A DNA stretch of 64,000 nt from a virus. How positions within the stretch are numbered: position 1 is the stretch's first letter; each line of letters opens with the position of its first letter. Shown here in pieces: positions 1 through 10,274 of the stretch. The stretch spans positions 32,001 through 96,000 of the IMG/VR virus record IMGVR_UViG_3300010048_000001. One strand, given 5' to 3'. The notes under the pieces are model-generated. The model ran no database searches and had not been told where the DNA came from. It saw only the letters and a list, made by a program, of their open reading frames with translations. The position numbers and the translations under genes are program-made.

Positions 1-1247
1 GTGCCGGTCGTATTGCCGATCGCAAAGAAACTCGATGTTCCGGCCGCGGCGCTTCCCGTAGCACCGGAAATTATGATGCTGCTGTTGGAAATCCCGACCG
101 AGACCCCGCCAGCACCACTAAATGCCCAACTGCCGGACTCGATCGCAGAGGTGGTCGAATTCGTCGTATTGCCAACGGCATAGACACTGGCATCCTCGTA
201 GAGCGTCACGCTCCCCGCAGCCGTTGAGACCGCAACACCAGAAGCTGCCGTCACGACCGAAGATGCCGGCGCGGAGACGATCACAACCCCGGCGCCAGCC
301 GCCGTTGTCGACATGCCGACGCTGACAGCGCCGGCGCCCGAGAGCGACCAGTTCGTCAGCGTCAATATGGATGACGACGTAGCCCCAGTCGTGTTCCCGA
401 GCGCGAAGACATTCTCAGACGTAGCGCTAGCGCCGCCCCCAGCTGCAGCGGAAATGACGACGCTGCCAAGGCTGTACCCGACGGACGCCGCCCCCGCGCC
501 AAAGAAACTCAACGATCCGCCGGTCTGGGCGGTCGACGATGACTGAGCCGTTGTGTTGCCGTCCGCATAGAGATTCTGTGTCGCCTCTATGGAAATGGTG
601 CTGCCGGCGCTCGCGAGTGAAATGCCACTGGCCCCGACTAGAGACGAGACGTCAGGCGCAGAGACAATCAGCGTCGTGTTGCTGAACCCGAGGCTTATGG
701 CGCCGGTACCCGATAGGGTAAGGGAATTCGATGTCGACTGTGAGCTTGTGGTCCCCGTCGTGTTGCCAACGGCGAAAAACGCCGACGAGGTCCCAGCGTG
801 CGGAGAGGCAGAGATTGTGATCGAGTTCGACGAAGCGCTCAGCGTAATGTTGTCGCCGCCGACCAGATTCATATCGGCGCTCGGCCCCGAGCTCGTCCCG
901 GCAGTATTGCCGCTAATGGTGTAGGCCAGGTCTTCGGCTAGGACTGTGATCCAGACTTGGGCCAGAGCCGAGGCATTTATCGCGGCATTGCCGTTGGAGG
1001 AGAAAAGCGGACCGCGGGTAATGCTCCATAGGCCAGCAGAGAGCGTTGCGGTCCCGCGCCCTACCTCGAATGCAATCTGATTCCCGGACGAGTCGAAATC
1101 CGCCAGGGTATAGGAAATAACGTTCCCGCTCAGAACACCGGCGGCGCCGAATGTCTGATAACCCGGGACCGCGGCAGAAGCCGTTATAACGCCGGTGCCC
1201 GGGGCTGCAGACACCAGCATCCGGGCCATATCGAATAATCCGGCCAT
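1..1247 (-). CDS. Tail fibre/adhesin-like virion protein (partial; runs off the left edge, absent from the ORF track)
   Basis: Manual translation from ATG 1247 gives MAGLFDMARMLVSAAPGTGVITASAAVPGYQTFGAAGV...EVGRGT...WITVLAEDL, resembling alphaproteobacterial phage fibre N-termini. S/T/G/A-rich repeats (F/Y)AxGNTT follow, and the frame is open to position 3. Confidence 0.75.
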   Translation of the reverse strand, partial: MAGLFDMARMLVSAAPGTGVITASAAVPGYQTFGAAGVLSGNVISYTLADFDSSGNQIAFEVGRGTATLSAGLWSITRGPLFSSNGNAAINASALAQVWITVLAEDLAYTISGNTAGTSSGPSADMNLVGGDNITLSASSNSITISASPHAGTSSAFFAVGNTTGTTSSQSTSNSLTLSGTGAISLGFSNTTLIVSAPDVSSLVGASGISLASAGSTISIEATQNLYADGNTTAQSSSTAQTGGSLSFFGAGAASVGYSLGSVVISAAAGGGASATSENVFALGNTTGATSSSILTLTNWSLSGAGAVSVGMSTTAAGAGVVIVSAPASSVVTAASGVAVSTAAGSVTLYEDASVYAVGNTTNSTTSAIESGSWAFSGAGGVSVGISNSSIIISGATGSAAAGTSSFFAIGNTTG

Positions 1248-1250
1248 TGA

Positions 1251-3722
1251 CTACCCCTCCGGAGGTTGTTGCTCCGGCGGCGCCCCCAGGGGCTCCGGTG
1301 GCTTGGCGGCCTGCTCAACGTGCGGCCGGATAAAGGTGTCTCGTTGATGCTGCAGGTCCTGCGCCTGCACCTTCTCACGTTCCGTCTCGAGCCGAGTGTT
1401 GGCCACGCGCTCACGGCTGGCCCGATCGGCAGCCCGATCCGCGCTTTCCGTGACGGCTATCTGGCCCTGTACCTGGCGGTCGCGATCCTGGGCCGCAGTA
1501 TCCATCGCGGCCTCTTTCATCCGCGCGTCGTGCTCGGCCATCGTCTGCTGCAGCTTCATTCCCATCTCTTGCAGCCGCGCCTCATGCTCCTGCTGCGCCT
1601 GCTGAGCCTTCTGCTGGATCGCCGCCATTCGCGCCGGATCAGGCGCGCCGTCCTGCTTTCCGCCGGCGGCTTGGGCCTGAGCTGCCTGCGCCGCAGCGTA
1701 CTGTTCTTCTGTGACGATTAGGGTATCGGGGTCCGAGATACCGAGCACGATCGCGACTTGTCGAATCAGGGTGCGCAGATTGAAGAGAATCGGCTGTTGG
1801 ATCGCGAGCTGCACCAGCGCGTACCATTTCATCAGCCGGTGCATGTGCGAGGGTGTGTTGGGATCGGCTGCAGGAACAATCTCGCAGTCTTCAAGCGCCC
1901 GCAGGAAGACTGCCTCTTCCCAGTCGTAGCCTTTCTTGTTCCAGCGCCAGAAGCTCTCCGGATTGGCCTTGTAGCGCTCCTTCAGAAGCTCGAGCTCTTC
2001 GGCCTGGCTCGCATGCAATCCGATATGTGCTGCAGCCAGAACCTTGGTCGCCTGTTCGATGAGTGCCAGCGTTGTCCCTACTGGCGCATCCTGATGTCCT
2101 TCCCCGACGGGCAACTCTGCCGTGCCGGCGACACGATCCATCCGTTGCTCGATATGCTGGATCAGCGCGACAAAGCCCGCTGTCACATCCTTATAGGGGA
2201 GGAATTCGATGACGTTTTTCAGCGGCACCGTAGGTGGCAAGCCCTTAACGGGCAGGCTGCCGCCTGGCGGGATGCGGTTCTGATTTGTCCAGTTGCGGAT
2301 CGCCGCTTCGTTATGGATGGTGCCGGGGAAATTAGCGTACATCCCGGCATCAAGGGCCTCGCGCCAGGCTGCCGTCAGGGCCTGATCCCCATTGCCGATA
2401 AGGTGCAGCAGCCCAAGATCATAAAACCCCATTGCGGGGACAAAGCCGTACTTCACGAATACTCGGCGCGCCCGGAAGGTATCGTCGTCCTGTTCCCAGT
2501 TCCGACGCAGCTCGAGCATCTCGCGCGAGTCCTTGTCGATCGTCACCTTCCAGGGCAATTCGAGACCAGTGACCCGATCTTCTCCCGAACGAGGATCCTT
2601 GCGTCTGTGCTCATAGCCAGCGACGTCGAGTTCGACATAGGACTCGTACATCGTGCGGTCCTGGTCCTCGATGCGCTGCGGCCTCGCCTCTAGGCCTTGT
2701 GCACGGGCAACAGCCTCTTCCTGCGCATTCGGCTCCGACTGGGGATCATGCAGATCGACGTCGCGGTAGACGCCGAGGATCTGCATCCGCTTGACGAGCG
2801 ACTGCCGCATCTTGATGCGATGCGTCAGACGGCCGGCGTCGCCAATCTCCGACGCGGCATTGGACACGATCACATCGGAAGCATCGACAAACCGCGAAAC
2901 CGGGCGGTCGCGAATCGGGCAATCGTAGACCTTAACGAAGCCGCAGCCGCCGAAGGCGACCCAGAAGAGCATCTTGACCTTATCGGGCCGGTAGCCCCGA
3001 TCACCCACCGTTAGGTTGTGATTGAAGCCCCGCTCAAGGGCCTCGGCGATCTCCTCGCGCGAAGCCTGTTCCACGGCCTGCGCATCTTCTGCAGGACCAC
3101 CAAGACCAAGTATTTGTTCCTCGAGGGCTGGGCCACCGTTATGCCCGATGCCCGGAGGCGGAGCGACGCCGGCCGGCTTAACAGGCCGATCATCCCGAAC
3201 CTTGACGGGGCCGCTCGGGGGATAGAGCTCGCCGGCCGCGTTTGCCTGGAAGCGTGTAATGGCCTCGAGCAATAAGGGATGCCGGATCGTCGACATTCCC
3301 TCGAATGGCCCGGTGGAATTGCCGACATCGCCCTTCGGCTTTTCGAGCGACGTGCCGAGCATCTTGATGCCTTCGGCGCGCATCTCCAGCCATTCCTGGC
3401 GAGATTCGTCATCAGCGGCGACGCCGCGTAATACCTCTTCCACGATCCGGTTGCGGACATCGTCGTCGATCTTGTCCGCTAGGTTCGCGAACCAGTCGTC
3501 ATCGTCCTCATCAGCTTCCTCAGGCGGAGGCCGGAGGTTGATGACCACGCCGCCGTCCGGCGTATCGATGGAAACGGTGCCGTCGGGATTGATGCGCGGC
3601 TCACCCATGCCGGGCTCGTCGCTGACGACGACGATCTTTTCCGCGTCATCCTCACCGAGGAGGTCGGGTTCCGGAGGATCGGCGAGGCGTGTAAAGCCGC
3701 GAGCGAGACGCCCTTCGGACAT
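1251..3722 (-). CDS. Portal protein (podovirus, HTVC010P/P22-like type)
   Basis: Motifs HPLLLEAITRFQANAAGELYPPSGPVK, FYDLGLLHLIGN and APVGTTLALIEQ; Q-rich C-terminal barrel; downstream of terL. Confidence 0.9.
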   Translation of the reverse strand: MSEGRLARGFTRLADPPEPDLLGEDDAEKIVVVSDEPGMGEPRINPDGTVSIDTPDGGVVINLRPPPEEADEDDDDWFANLADKIDDDVRNRIVEEVLRGVAADDESRQEWLEMRAEGIKMLGTSLEKPKGDVGNSTGPFEGMSTIRHPLLLEAITRFQANAAGELYPPSGPVKVRDDRPVKPAGVAPPPGIGHNGGPALEEQILGLGGPAEDAQAVEQASREEIAEALERGFNHNLTVGDRGYRPDKVKMLFWVAFGGCGFVKVYDCPIRDRPVSRFVDASDVIVSNAASEIGDAGRLTHRIKMRQSLVKRMQILGVYRDVDLHDPQSEPNAQEEAVARAQGLEARPQRIEDQDRTMYESYVELDVAGYEHRRKDPRSGEDRVTGLELPWKVTIDKDSREMLELRRNWEQDDDTFRARRVFVKYGFVPAMGFYDLGLLHLIGNGDQALTAAWREALDAGMYANFPGTIHNEAAIRNWTNQNRIPPGGSLPVKGLPPTVPLKNVIEFLPYKDVTAGFVALIQHIEQRMDRVAGTAELPVGEGHQDAPVGTTLALIEQATKVLAAAHIGLHASQAEELELLKERYKANPESFWRWNKKGYDWEEAVFLRALEDCEIVPAADPNTPSHMHRLMKWYALVQLAIQQPILFNLRTLIRQVAIVLGISDPDTLIVTEEQYAAAQAAQAQAAGGKQDGAPDPARMAAIQQKAQQAQQEHEARLQEMGMKLQQTMAEHDARMKEAAMDTAAQDRDRQVQGQIAVTESADRAADRASRERVANTRLETEREKVQAQDLQHQRDTFIRPHVEQAAKPPEPLGAPPEQQPPEG

Positions 3723-3826
3723 TCAAACTTATTCCGCGCCGCGAATCGCCTCGTGGAGACGCGGAACAGGGCGGCCCGTCAGCTCAGGACAAGCACCTCA
3801 ATCATACCGGGAACAATCAAATTACG

Positions 3827-4162
3827 CTAGCCTATCTCTGAATGGGAGCCCTGGACAATCGGCCGCGGAGCAAGATTCGTTATTTGTGTTTTATGTCTAC
3901 AAGCAGGTACCTGACAGGATGTGACGCCGAAGTCCCCCCCGGCCAATCCACATTGGCATAATAAGTCAGTCGTTTTGAGCGCATGCTCCTTAAATGCTTC
4001 TAGCTCTCGAATAAAAGGTTCTTGCGCCACCGCAAAGGCAGCGTACAGCAGCCGATCGAGATCAACCTCAAACTCAGGCCGACGATAGTCCTTTAGCTGG
4101 GACGCCCAACGCTGCATAAACGCGTTGCGCAGCAGAGCAAGACTATCACTCTTTGCTGTCAC
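3827..4162 (-). CDS. Hypothetical protein
   Basis: GTGA overlap with the upstream stop at 4159-4162; helical sequence. Confidence 0.5.
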   Translation of the reverse strand: MTAKSDSLALLRNAFMQRWASQLKDYRRPEFEVDLDRLLYAAFAVAQEPFIRELEAFKEHALKTTDLLCQCGLAGGDFGVTSCQVPACRHKTQITNLAPRPIVQGSHSEIG

Positions 4163-4917
4163 CGCCGCCGGCCCCCGAAAACCGAAGCCAGTTCCTCTTG
4201 CGAGGGCGTATGCCCCCAAGAGGGCAGCCACATGCGGTTGCTCACAAACAGCCGCAGGCGCTCAAGACGCGTCTGCTCCGGATCCGGCTCCTGGAAGATC
4301 GCCTGCTCTTCTTCCTGCTCGAACTCAGCAAGCTCCTCCCGAAGCTCGGCATCAAAGGCGCTGCCGTCAATCCGCTCCGCAAGCGCCTCATCCCCGACTG
4401 TTACGGCAACCGTCGTGTCCTGCTCATCTCCCGCACGTATATCGGCCCGCGTCTCCGACTGCGGCGGCATCTTACGCGGACGGCCCGGCCCACGGCGAGG
4501 CGGCTGCAGTGTCTGCTCGATAGCGACACGCCGTGGATCATCAGGTGGTAACACTGGAAATTCCTCGAAGAATTGCTGGCCAAGAGGAGTCACCGGTCTA
4601 ATGGTCGCGACTGCGCCGCTCGGCAGCATCTGCTCGACCGGAATCTGGCCAGTCGGGAAGCGGCTCTGGATAGCGATCTTCTCCTCGTAGCTAGCCTCCG
4701 GCGGCGGCTCGAGCCCAAGGCGCTGGCCCTTATGTTCGGGACAACGTTTGCCGGTGGGGAGATAGCCGCTCGCCTGCTCGACAAAAAACGGCGCCGCGCA
4801 TGCCTCGCACTTTGAGCGCCAGACAGTCACCCCACCGTCACGGAGCTCAACTATCTCGTATCGTCTGCCTTCAAGATGAACCTCCGTCCCGAGAGGGCCG
4901 AAAACCAGTGTGGCCAT
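4159..4917 (-). CDS. Hypothetical protein with Zn-ribbon-like Cys motifs and AT-hook-like RRGPGRPRK
   Basis: GGAGG SD before ATG; CEAC...CPEH; GRP AT-hook core. Confidence 0.7.
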   Translation of the reverse strand: MATLVFGPLGTEVHLEGRRYEIVELRDGGVTVWRSKCEACAAPFFVEQASGYLPTGKRCPEHKGQRLGLEPPPEASYEEKIAIQSRFPTGQIPVEQMLPSGAVATIRPVTPLGQQFFEEFPVLPPDDPRRVAIEQTLQPPRRGPGRPRKMPPQSETRADIRAGDEQDTTVAVTVGDEALAERIDGSAFDAELREELAEFEQEEEQAIFQEPDPEQTRLERLRLFVSNRMWLPSWGHTPSQEELASVFGGRRR

Positions 4918-5096
4918 CTAACCTCCAGCGAGCAGAAGACAAAGGGCCGCGGTTTCTAGGAAATCGTCCATTGATCTAGGACGCGGCCACTAGTGTTATC
5001 ATGGACTTAATGTACCTTATGTGGTACTAAACGGGCACCGCGGTCGTTGACGCGATCGCGGCGCCCTAACCCTCGCACTCTTGGTAGGAGAGCCCG

Positions 5097-5663
5097 ATGG
5101 CTATTCCCAACATACCAGAAATCTGGCGCGCCATCCCCGATTTCCCAGATTATGAGATCAGCAACTTCGGCGGCGTTCGGCGAGCCGTGGATTGCGTTAG
5201 AACTTATTTTCGCCTTGGGCAGCCGAGGACAAGGACACAATATAAGGCCGGGAAGATTCTTCGCCCTAAAATAGGGAAACTTAAATATCCGAGATTGACC
5301 TTGTGGCGGCTCGGCATTCCCAAGGGCACCGAAGTTTACATACACATCTTGGTTTGCACGGCGTTTCACGGCCCAGCCCCATCTCCTCGTCATCAAGTTG
5401 CTCATTGGGATGGCGACCGTCGAAACATACGATCCGATAACCTTCGCTGGGCGACACCAAAAGAAAACAGCATGGACACCATCCGGCATGGACGAGGAGG
5501 ACGCGGCAAACACTCTGGCCGCAAATTAAGTCCTCCAAAAGTAAAAATAATAAAACAGCTTTTAAGAGCTGGAGTGTCACACAGCAATATAGCACTCCAA
5601 TTCGGAGTCTGCCGTGAGAACATCACCCACATTAATAACAGAAGGACTTGGGTAAGAGTATAA
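5097..5663 (+). CDS. NUMOD4-HNH free-standing homing endonuclease
   Basis: EIWRAIPDFPDYEISNFG (NUMOD4); HILVCTAFHG...VAHWDGDRRN...NLRWATPKEN (HNH_3); C-terminal HTH; antisense to neighbours. Confidence 0.92.
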   Translation: MAIPNIPEIWRAIPDFPDYEISNFGGVRRAVDCVRTYFRLGQPRTRTQYKAGKILRPKIGKLKYPRLTLWRLGIPKGTEVYIHILVCTAFHGPAPSPRHQVAHWDGDRRNIRSDNLRWATPKENSMDTIRHGRGGRGKHSGRKLSPPKVKIIKQLLRAGVSHSNIALQFGVCRENITHINNRRTWVRV

Positions 5664-7556
5664 TCATAATGGATATGGCAAGCCTGTCACAGGCCGCATG
5701 CGCTCGTAATTCATCAGATCTTCCTCGGCTTCATCATACTCTTCCGGACGCTCGAGCACGCCGCGCTGACGAAGCTCACTGAGCCCGGCCGTAAAGCAGT
5801 CAACCGCATCGTCATGCTTGCCTTTCGGAAAGATGCACAGTTCATCTACTATAGGTTGTAGCCATGCCGGGTATGTACCATCCTCAAATTGAGGAACATA
5901 TACCTGGTGGCTCGACACCAGATGCTCTACAGCGTTCGCGCGCATCCATTTGTCGTGCTTGGTCGTCGGCGCGATCTCCACGCCCCAGTCGTCGTCCGCG
6001 TGCAACCGGTGCAGTTCCTGTCCAAGGTGGGCACCGCCGCCCTGAAATTCGATCCTGAGATGGTCGACCTTATACCGCTTGCAGGTATGGCGGACCCACT
6101 CGACCAAGCCCCACGTCTCGCTGCGCTGATTGAAAAACAGCGGTGAATTCCACTCTTTTTCGGAAACGCCCTCGGGCCGGGCCGTCGGGGGGCCGTGCAA
6201 TAGCAGCCGCTTCGTCCAGCCGGCGATTATCATGATCTTCGGATAGCCAACCTCATCGGGCATGCGCACATAGGTGTCGCCGCGGCGTTCGATCCGACCC
6301 TTACCTTCCGATCTCCAGACCCCCATGACGAGCATGGCACTCGGGTCATTCTCTTCCTTTTCCGTGAAGGCGCAGTCAACAGTAGCGATCACGTACTCGA
6401 GGGCCGGGTACTTGATTACGCGGCGCCCTAGCGAATCGCGCATAACCCAGCCTTCCATCAGACGGGAGCCGTCGAGCTCCATCGGAGGCCAGGGCTGGAA
6501 CCATTCCCGCTTAAAGATGCCGCCACCGCGAGGCACAGGTTGCTGTTCAAATTGCCCGGCTTCCGCGTACCCACTTAGCTTAAGACGACCGTAAGCTGCA
6601 TCACTCCAGAAGCTCGGCCAGATGAGCTCACCCGGCTCCGAGCGCGGATCCCCCCAAGCGGCACGGCCGGGATCGAAACGCCGCGGATACATCAGGTGCA
6701 TCGGGTCGTTCCAATTCTCCAATGCCCAGCCAGTCGCATCGCCCTCGTGGAGCCGCTGCATAATCAAGACACGGGCCGAGGTACGCGGGTCCCTGATGCG
6801 AGTAGGGAGCGACTCCGTGAAGGCGTGCATTGTCGCCTCACGCTGAGTTTCCGACTCCGCGCCCAGGATAGAATGAGGATCGTCGACCAATTGAATGTCA
6901 CCACCACGACCGATCAAGCCGCCTTCGATCGAGGCGCTGTACCGCTCACCACCGGCCGTATTGCCGAAGTCAATGCGGCTGGCCTGATCTGGCCGAACCT
7001 GAACACCAGGATAAACGACTTTACCGTTCTCGATCCGCTCGTAACCCCATAGCGATCGATACCAATGCCCCTCGATGAGCCAGAGCATCTTTTGGGCATT
7101 GTTCTCAGCGAGGCGAGCAGAATACGAGACGGCCAAGAAGGATACTTGCGGCCCCGAGAGCGCGCTAATGCTACTTCTACACCACACCCACGCGGGAAAC
7201 ACAACCGAAACGAGCAAGCTTTTCCCGTGACGAGGCGGGATGTTAACGATGAGGTCTCTAGTCTGCCCGTCGACCAGAGACTCGAGCGCGTCGCACATCC
7301 GCTCAAAATGCCAATTGCTGACAAATGGCGCCTTGTCGATCTCCCGCCAGGCTCTCTTAAAAAACTCCAAGAGCGAGCCCTCGCAGCGAGCCCGCTCCTG
7401 GTCCTTCGCGACCTCTCGGATAAGGATCTCGTATTCAGCGTATGCCTTCGGATCGCAGAGCGCGAGGGCCTTGGCCAGCTGCTCCTGGGTGACCGGCTTG
7501 CGCGGGCGCTGAGGATTAGGCGGCGTCTCCGGCATCGGTCTCTTTGCGTTTGGCAT
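5664..7556 (-). CDS. terL: Terminase large subunit
   Basis: Walker A IPPRHGKS, Walker B LVDDPH, IMQRLHEGD, nuclease FPKGKHDDAVD. Confidence 0.95.
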   Translation of the reverse strand: MPNAKRPMPETPPNPQRPRKPVTQEQLAKALALCDPKAYAEYEILIREVAKDQERARCEGSLLEFFKRAWREIDKAPFVSNWHFERMCDALESLVDGQTRDLIVNIPPRHGKSLLVSVVFPAWVWCRSSISALSGPQVSFLAVSYSARLAENNAQKMLWLIEGHWYRSLWGYERIENGKVVYPGVQVRPDQASRIDFGNTAGGERYSASIEGGLIGRGGDIQLVDDPHSILGAESETQREATMHAFTESLPTRIRDPRTSARVLIMQRLHEGDATGWALENWNDPMHLMYPRRFDPGRAAWGDPRSEPGELIWPSFWSDAAYGRLKLSGYAEAGQFEQQPVPRGGGIFKREWFQPWPPMELDGSRLMEGWVMRDSLGRRVIKYPALEYVIATVDCAFTEKEENDPSAMLVMGVWRSEGKGRIERRGDTYVRMPDEVGYPKIMIIAGWTKRLLLHGPPTARPEGVSEKEWNSPLFFNQRSETWGLVEWVRHTCKRYKVDHLRIEFQGGGAHLGQELHRLHADDDWGVEIAPTTKHDKWMRANAVEHLVSSHQVYVPQFEDGTYPAWLQPIVDELCIFPKGKHDDAVDCFTAGLSELRQRGVLERPEEYDEAEEDLMNYERMRPVTGLPYPL

Positions 7557-7776
7557 ACCGCACCGGCTTCATCGCTGACCGCTCAACGGCCGCCCCTGTC
7601 TTTGCAATCTCAGATGCCGTATCCTCGGCCACCTGCCGCATCGCCGCGATCATCGCCACCTGTAGAGCCACCCAGAAGGTCGGCCCCGGAAACTGCTCAT
7701 GCGGCGGCGCATCACGCGAGGTATCAGCTTTCGCCTGTTCCATCGCCTCGTTGTAATATTCGAGAAGAGCCTTCAT
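7516..7776 (-). CDS. Hypothetical protein
   Basis: ATGA coupling to the DUF1643 stop (MKALLEYY...). Confidence 0.5.
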   Translation of the reverse strand: MKALLEYYNEAMEQAKADTSRDAPPHEQFPGPTFWVALQVAMIAAMRQVAEDTASEIAKTGAAVERSAMKPVRYAKRKETDAGDAA

Positions 7777-8342
7777 GCTGCCCGTCCGTCTGTTGGGCGC
7801 CGCCACACAATAGGCGGCGTGGCGTTCTTCAAATATAACGGATGTCGCGGCTGGCCGCCCTTGGTCACACCCATACACCAGAGCGTCTTGTCCCCGAGCA
7901 TCAACTCGACAGCCTTCGCAAAATTGCACAACGGCTTTGGCAGTGCCCCCCAAGCGCAGACGACGCGAGCAGCGCTGGCGGCGCATTGGCGAATGGTCAG
8001 GAAGTTGTCGTCGCTAACCGGCACCGTTCCTCGCTCGAGCAACCTCTTCGGATCCGTTGCCCGGTAGTCCATGACGTTTACCTTGCAGTAGGAACTGAAG
8101 CCCCAGGATCGCGTCCAGCGGATCTCTTTGCGGATCGTCGGATCGTCGACGAACATATCCGCGGTGCTCGGGTTCATGCCTATCCACAACACATAGGGAT
8201 CTTCGGGTTTCCCCCATTGACGAGACAACCAATGCCGATACCGACCGCACACCGAGAATTCTGCGTCAGCAATGACGCCAGGCTGCAGTGGGATCCGGAC
8301 CTTCCCGCCGGGATCATGCGAAAGTTCGACCATCCCGCACAT
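7773..8342 (-). CDS. DUF1643 family protein
   Basis: CGRYRHWLSR, WIGMNPSTAD, DDPTIR, RATDP, VCAWG and PRHPLY signature. Confidence 0.9.
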   Translation of the reverse strand: MCGMVELSHDPGGKVRIPLQPGVIADAEFSVCGRYRHWLSRQWGKPEDPYVLWIGMNPSTADMFVDDPTIRKEIRWTRSWGFSSYCKVNVMDYRATDPKRLLERGTVPVSDDNFLTIRQCAASAARVVCAWGALPKPLCNFAKAVELMLGDKTLWCMGVTKGGQPRHPLYLKNATPPIVWRRPTDGRAA

Positions 8343-8437
8343 CTAGCACCTTCGAGGTGGGTACACACAGGTAACCCACAGACGGCATTCCCCTACAGCC
8401 TTCATCGGGCTTTACTCGCGAATCATCGGTGTTCCTA

Positions 8438-9568
8438 TTAAGATGCTGGGCAGTTGGGGGCCGGCGGCGGTGGCGCAGGAGGCGGCGGGGTACTGGGCTG
8501 CGCCGCATCAAGCGTCGATATGATGTAGGCGATTGTGTTCGGCGAGAATTGATGCTGCGTGGCTGATGTGTCGATCATTTGAGTAAATTCGCCGGGCTGC
8601 AGACTGAGAACATTTGCCTGTATTAGCGTGGCATAGCCCGCCACATAGGTTGGCCAGTCCATCCCGTAATAGTTTTGGTACCAATCCCACTGCGCTACAC
8701 CAAAGCAACAGCTGTCGGAATAGTTCAGGATCTGGATATGATGACGTTTCAAACCCGCGGGCGTTTGTCCAACCGAGGCCATGATATACTGATCCAGATA
8801 ACCCGCGATCGTGTAATAATCTGGGGCATTCTGCTCAGCAAAGCATGGCGCGGCGCAATCGCCGTGGTCCGGCGCGGCTCCTGCGCCGGGGATAAATTGA
8901 ACACCTGGCATCGAACCGGCTACTTCTACCGATATATGGATTCGAGGATCGATTGCAGCTACGGTAGTGGCCGTCCACCCGCCGCCCGAAAGACCCACTA
9001 TGTTATAGTCTGAAAACATTTGGTGCCCGACCATATAATTGATCGCTTGGATCATGGGCTCGTGAAAATAATGCATACCCTGATCGCCGAAAGCGGTAAA
9101 TAGTGCGACGTGCTGATCTGTGTAGCCGCACGCCGGAATATTAAGGGCAAGAACGCTGTATCCGGCCGACAGCAATCCTTGCAGTAGCGGTTGGACATTA
9201 TAGCCTGGATAAAATTGCGACCAATCGCAGGTGCCCTGATGGCCAGGGTTCAGCGCTACCATACGACCATTAGCAATCGGACCGGCGACATAGAGATTGC
9301 TGACGTTTGTTTGATTGCCGGACTCGGTCGCCAGGTATTGATCTACCCGCGCGACGTTGGTCAGACCAGGTAGGGGATTGGCGATGGTCGTCACAGAGGA
9401 TTGTGTTGTCGGCAGAACTGGCAGGCCGAAGGAATCTTGTATAAGGGCTTGCCGTCGCGCTGTTACGTCGTCGATCGCTCCTATTGTCACGCTGTCGTCG
9501 ATCGCGTGCGCCTGGGCAGTGAAGCCCAGAAGAACGCAGAACGCCGTCGCAACCGTCCCGTTGCTCAT
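8438..9568 (-). CDS. Secreted alpha/beta-hydrolase (esterase-like)
   Basis: Signal peptide ending AQAHA; nucleophile elbow GLSGGG; DSCCF acid and HQF His candidates; Pro-rich tail. Confidence 0.75.
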   Translation of the reverse strand: MSNGTVATAFCVLLGFTAQAHAIDDSVTIGAIDDVTARRQALIQDSFGLPVLPTTQSSVTTIANPLPGLTNVARVDQYLATESGNQTNVSNLYVAGPIANGRMVALNPGHQGTCDWSQFYPGYNVQPLLQGLLSAGYSVLALNIPACGYTDQHVALFTAFGDQGMHYFHEPMIQAINYMVGHQMFSDYNIVGLSGGGWTATTVAAIDPRIHISVEVAGSMPGVQFIPGAGAAPDHGDCAAPCFAEQNAPDYYTIAGYLDQYIMASVGQTPAGLKRHHIQILNYSDSCCFGVAQWDWYQNYYGMDWPTYVAGYATLIQANVLSLQPGEFTQMIDTSATQHQFSPNTIAYIISTLDAAQPSTPPPPAPPPPAPNCPAS

Positions 9569-9611
9569 TGAGTTCTCCCCTGTTGAGATACGTACTTAGC
9601 GTATCCCAACA

Positions 9612-9628
9612 GGGTACACAAGGTACCT
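9612..9628. promoter_or_regulatory. Putative repressor operator GGGTAC-acaag-GTACCT
   Basis: Palindromic half-sites with a 5-bp spacer, upstream of the hydrolase; the same motif occurs at the switch promoters. Confidence 0.65.
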
Positions 9629-9645
9629 GGACGATTTTTCCTACC

Positions 9646-9924
9646 TCATAAACACGCACCCCCTGACCCGCCCGCCGCTCGAGCAGCATTGACGTAGGCG
9701 ACGCACTCGATGTCAGAAAGATTAGGGATGGTCACAAAATGTGTACCATTCGGGAGGCACGCCGGGAATACATTTTGTCCCGCGCAGGGCAGATACCCGA
9801 CAAAGGTACGGATCCCGCCAACCCCAAAAATCCGCAGCAACCACTCGATCGAACTCTCTGAAGCCGCCGCGGGCCCAGCAAGAACGCCAGCCAACAACAG
9901 CCCCGCCACTATTCGCCTCACCAT
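9646..9924 (-). CDS. Small secreted protein
   Basis: Signal peptide MVRRIVAGLLLAGVLAGPAAA; 4 Cys. Confidence 0.65.
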   Translation of the reverse strand: MVRRIVAGLLLAGVLAGPAAASESSIEWLLRIFGVGGIRTFVGYLPCAGQNVFPACLPNGTHFVTIPNLSDIECVAYVNAARAAGGSGGACL

Positions 9925-10226
9925 GACAATCCGACAACATAGAGCGTCGCGTCAGAGCAAAGAGCATTTGGGGCGCCGACCACGTTGAATGTGATCGGAA
10001 ATTTGACCAGCCGTGAGGTGTTTAGGATCGCTTGCGCCTCGTCGGCACTAGGCTCGCTTACCGCAAACCCATACCACTGAGGCCCGCTATTCGTCTGGAA
10101 TTGAATGCAAGCAGGAAACCCGCCGCCTAGCGTCTTGATCTTTGTGACAACGCCCGGCCCGTCGGCATAAGCCGCGCTCGCCAGAGTGCAAATGGCAGCC
10201 GCAAAAATTAGCTGTCGCATCTTCAT
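9918..10226 (-). CDS. Small secreted beta-rich protein
   Basis: Signal peptide ending AAYA; GGAAGGA SD. Confidence 0.7.
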   Translation of the reverse strand: MKMRQLIFAAAICTLASAAYADGPGVVTKIKTLGGGFPACIQFQTNSGPQWYGFAVSEPSADEAQAILNTSRLVKFPITFNVVGAPNALCSDATLYVVGLSW

Positions 10227-10274
10227 GAAAGCGTCCTTCCTTAGATTGAGAGTACGTACCTAACGACCCTCGAG

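Noticed and set aside
1-924. Plus-strand ORFs in the supplied track
   Set aside because: They are antisense shadows of the minus-strand fibre gene.
9612-9628. GTAC motif as a host LexA box
   Set aside because: The alphaproteobacterial SOS box is a GTTC-N7-GTTC direct repeat. This motif is a palindrome with N5 spacing that also sits at the phage switch.
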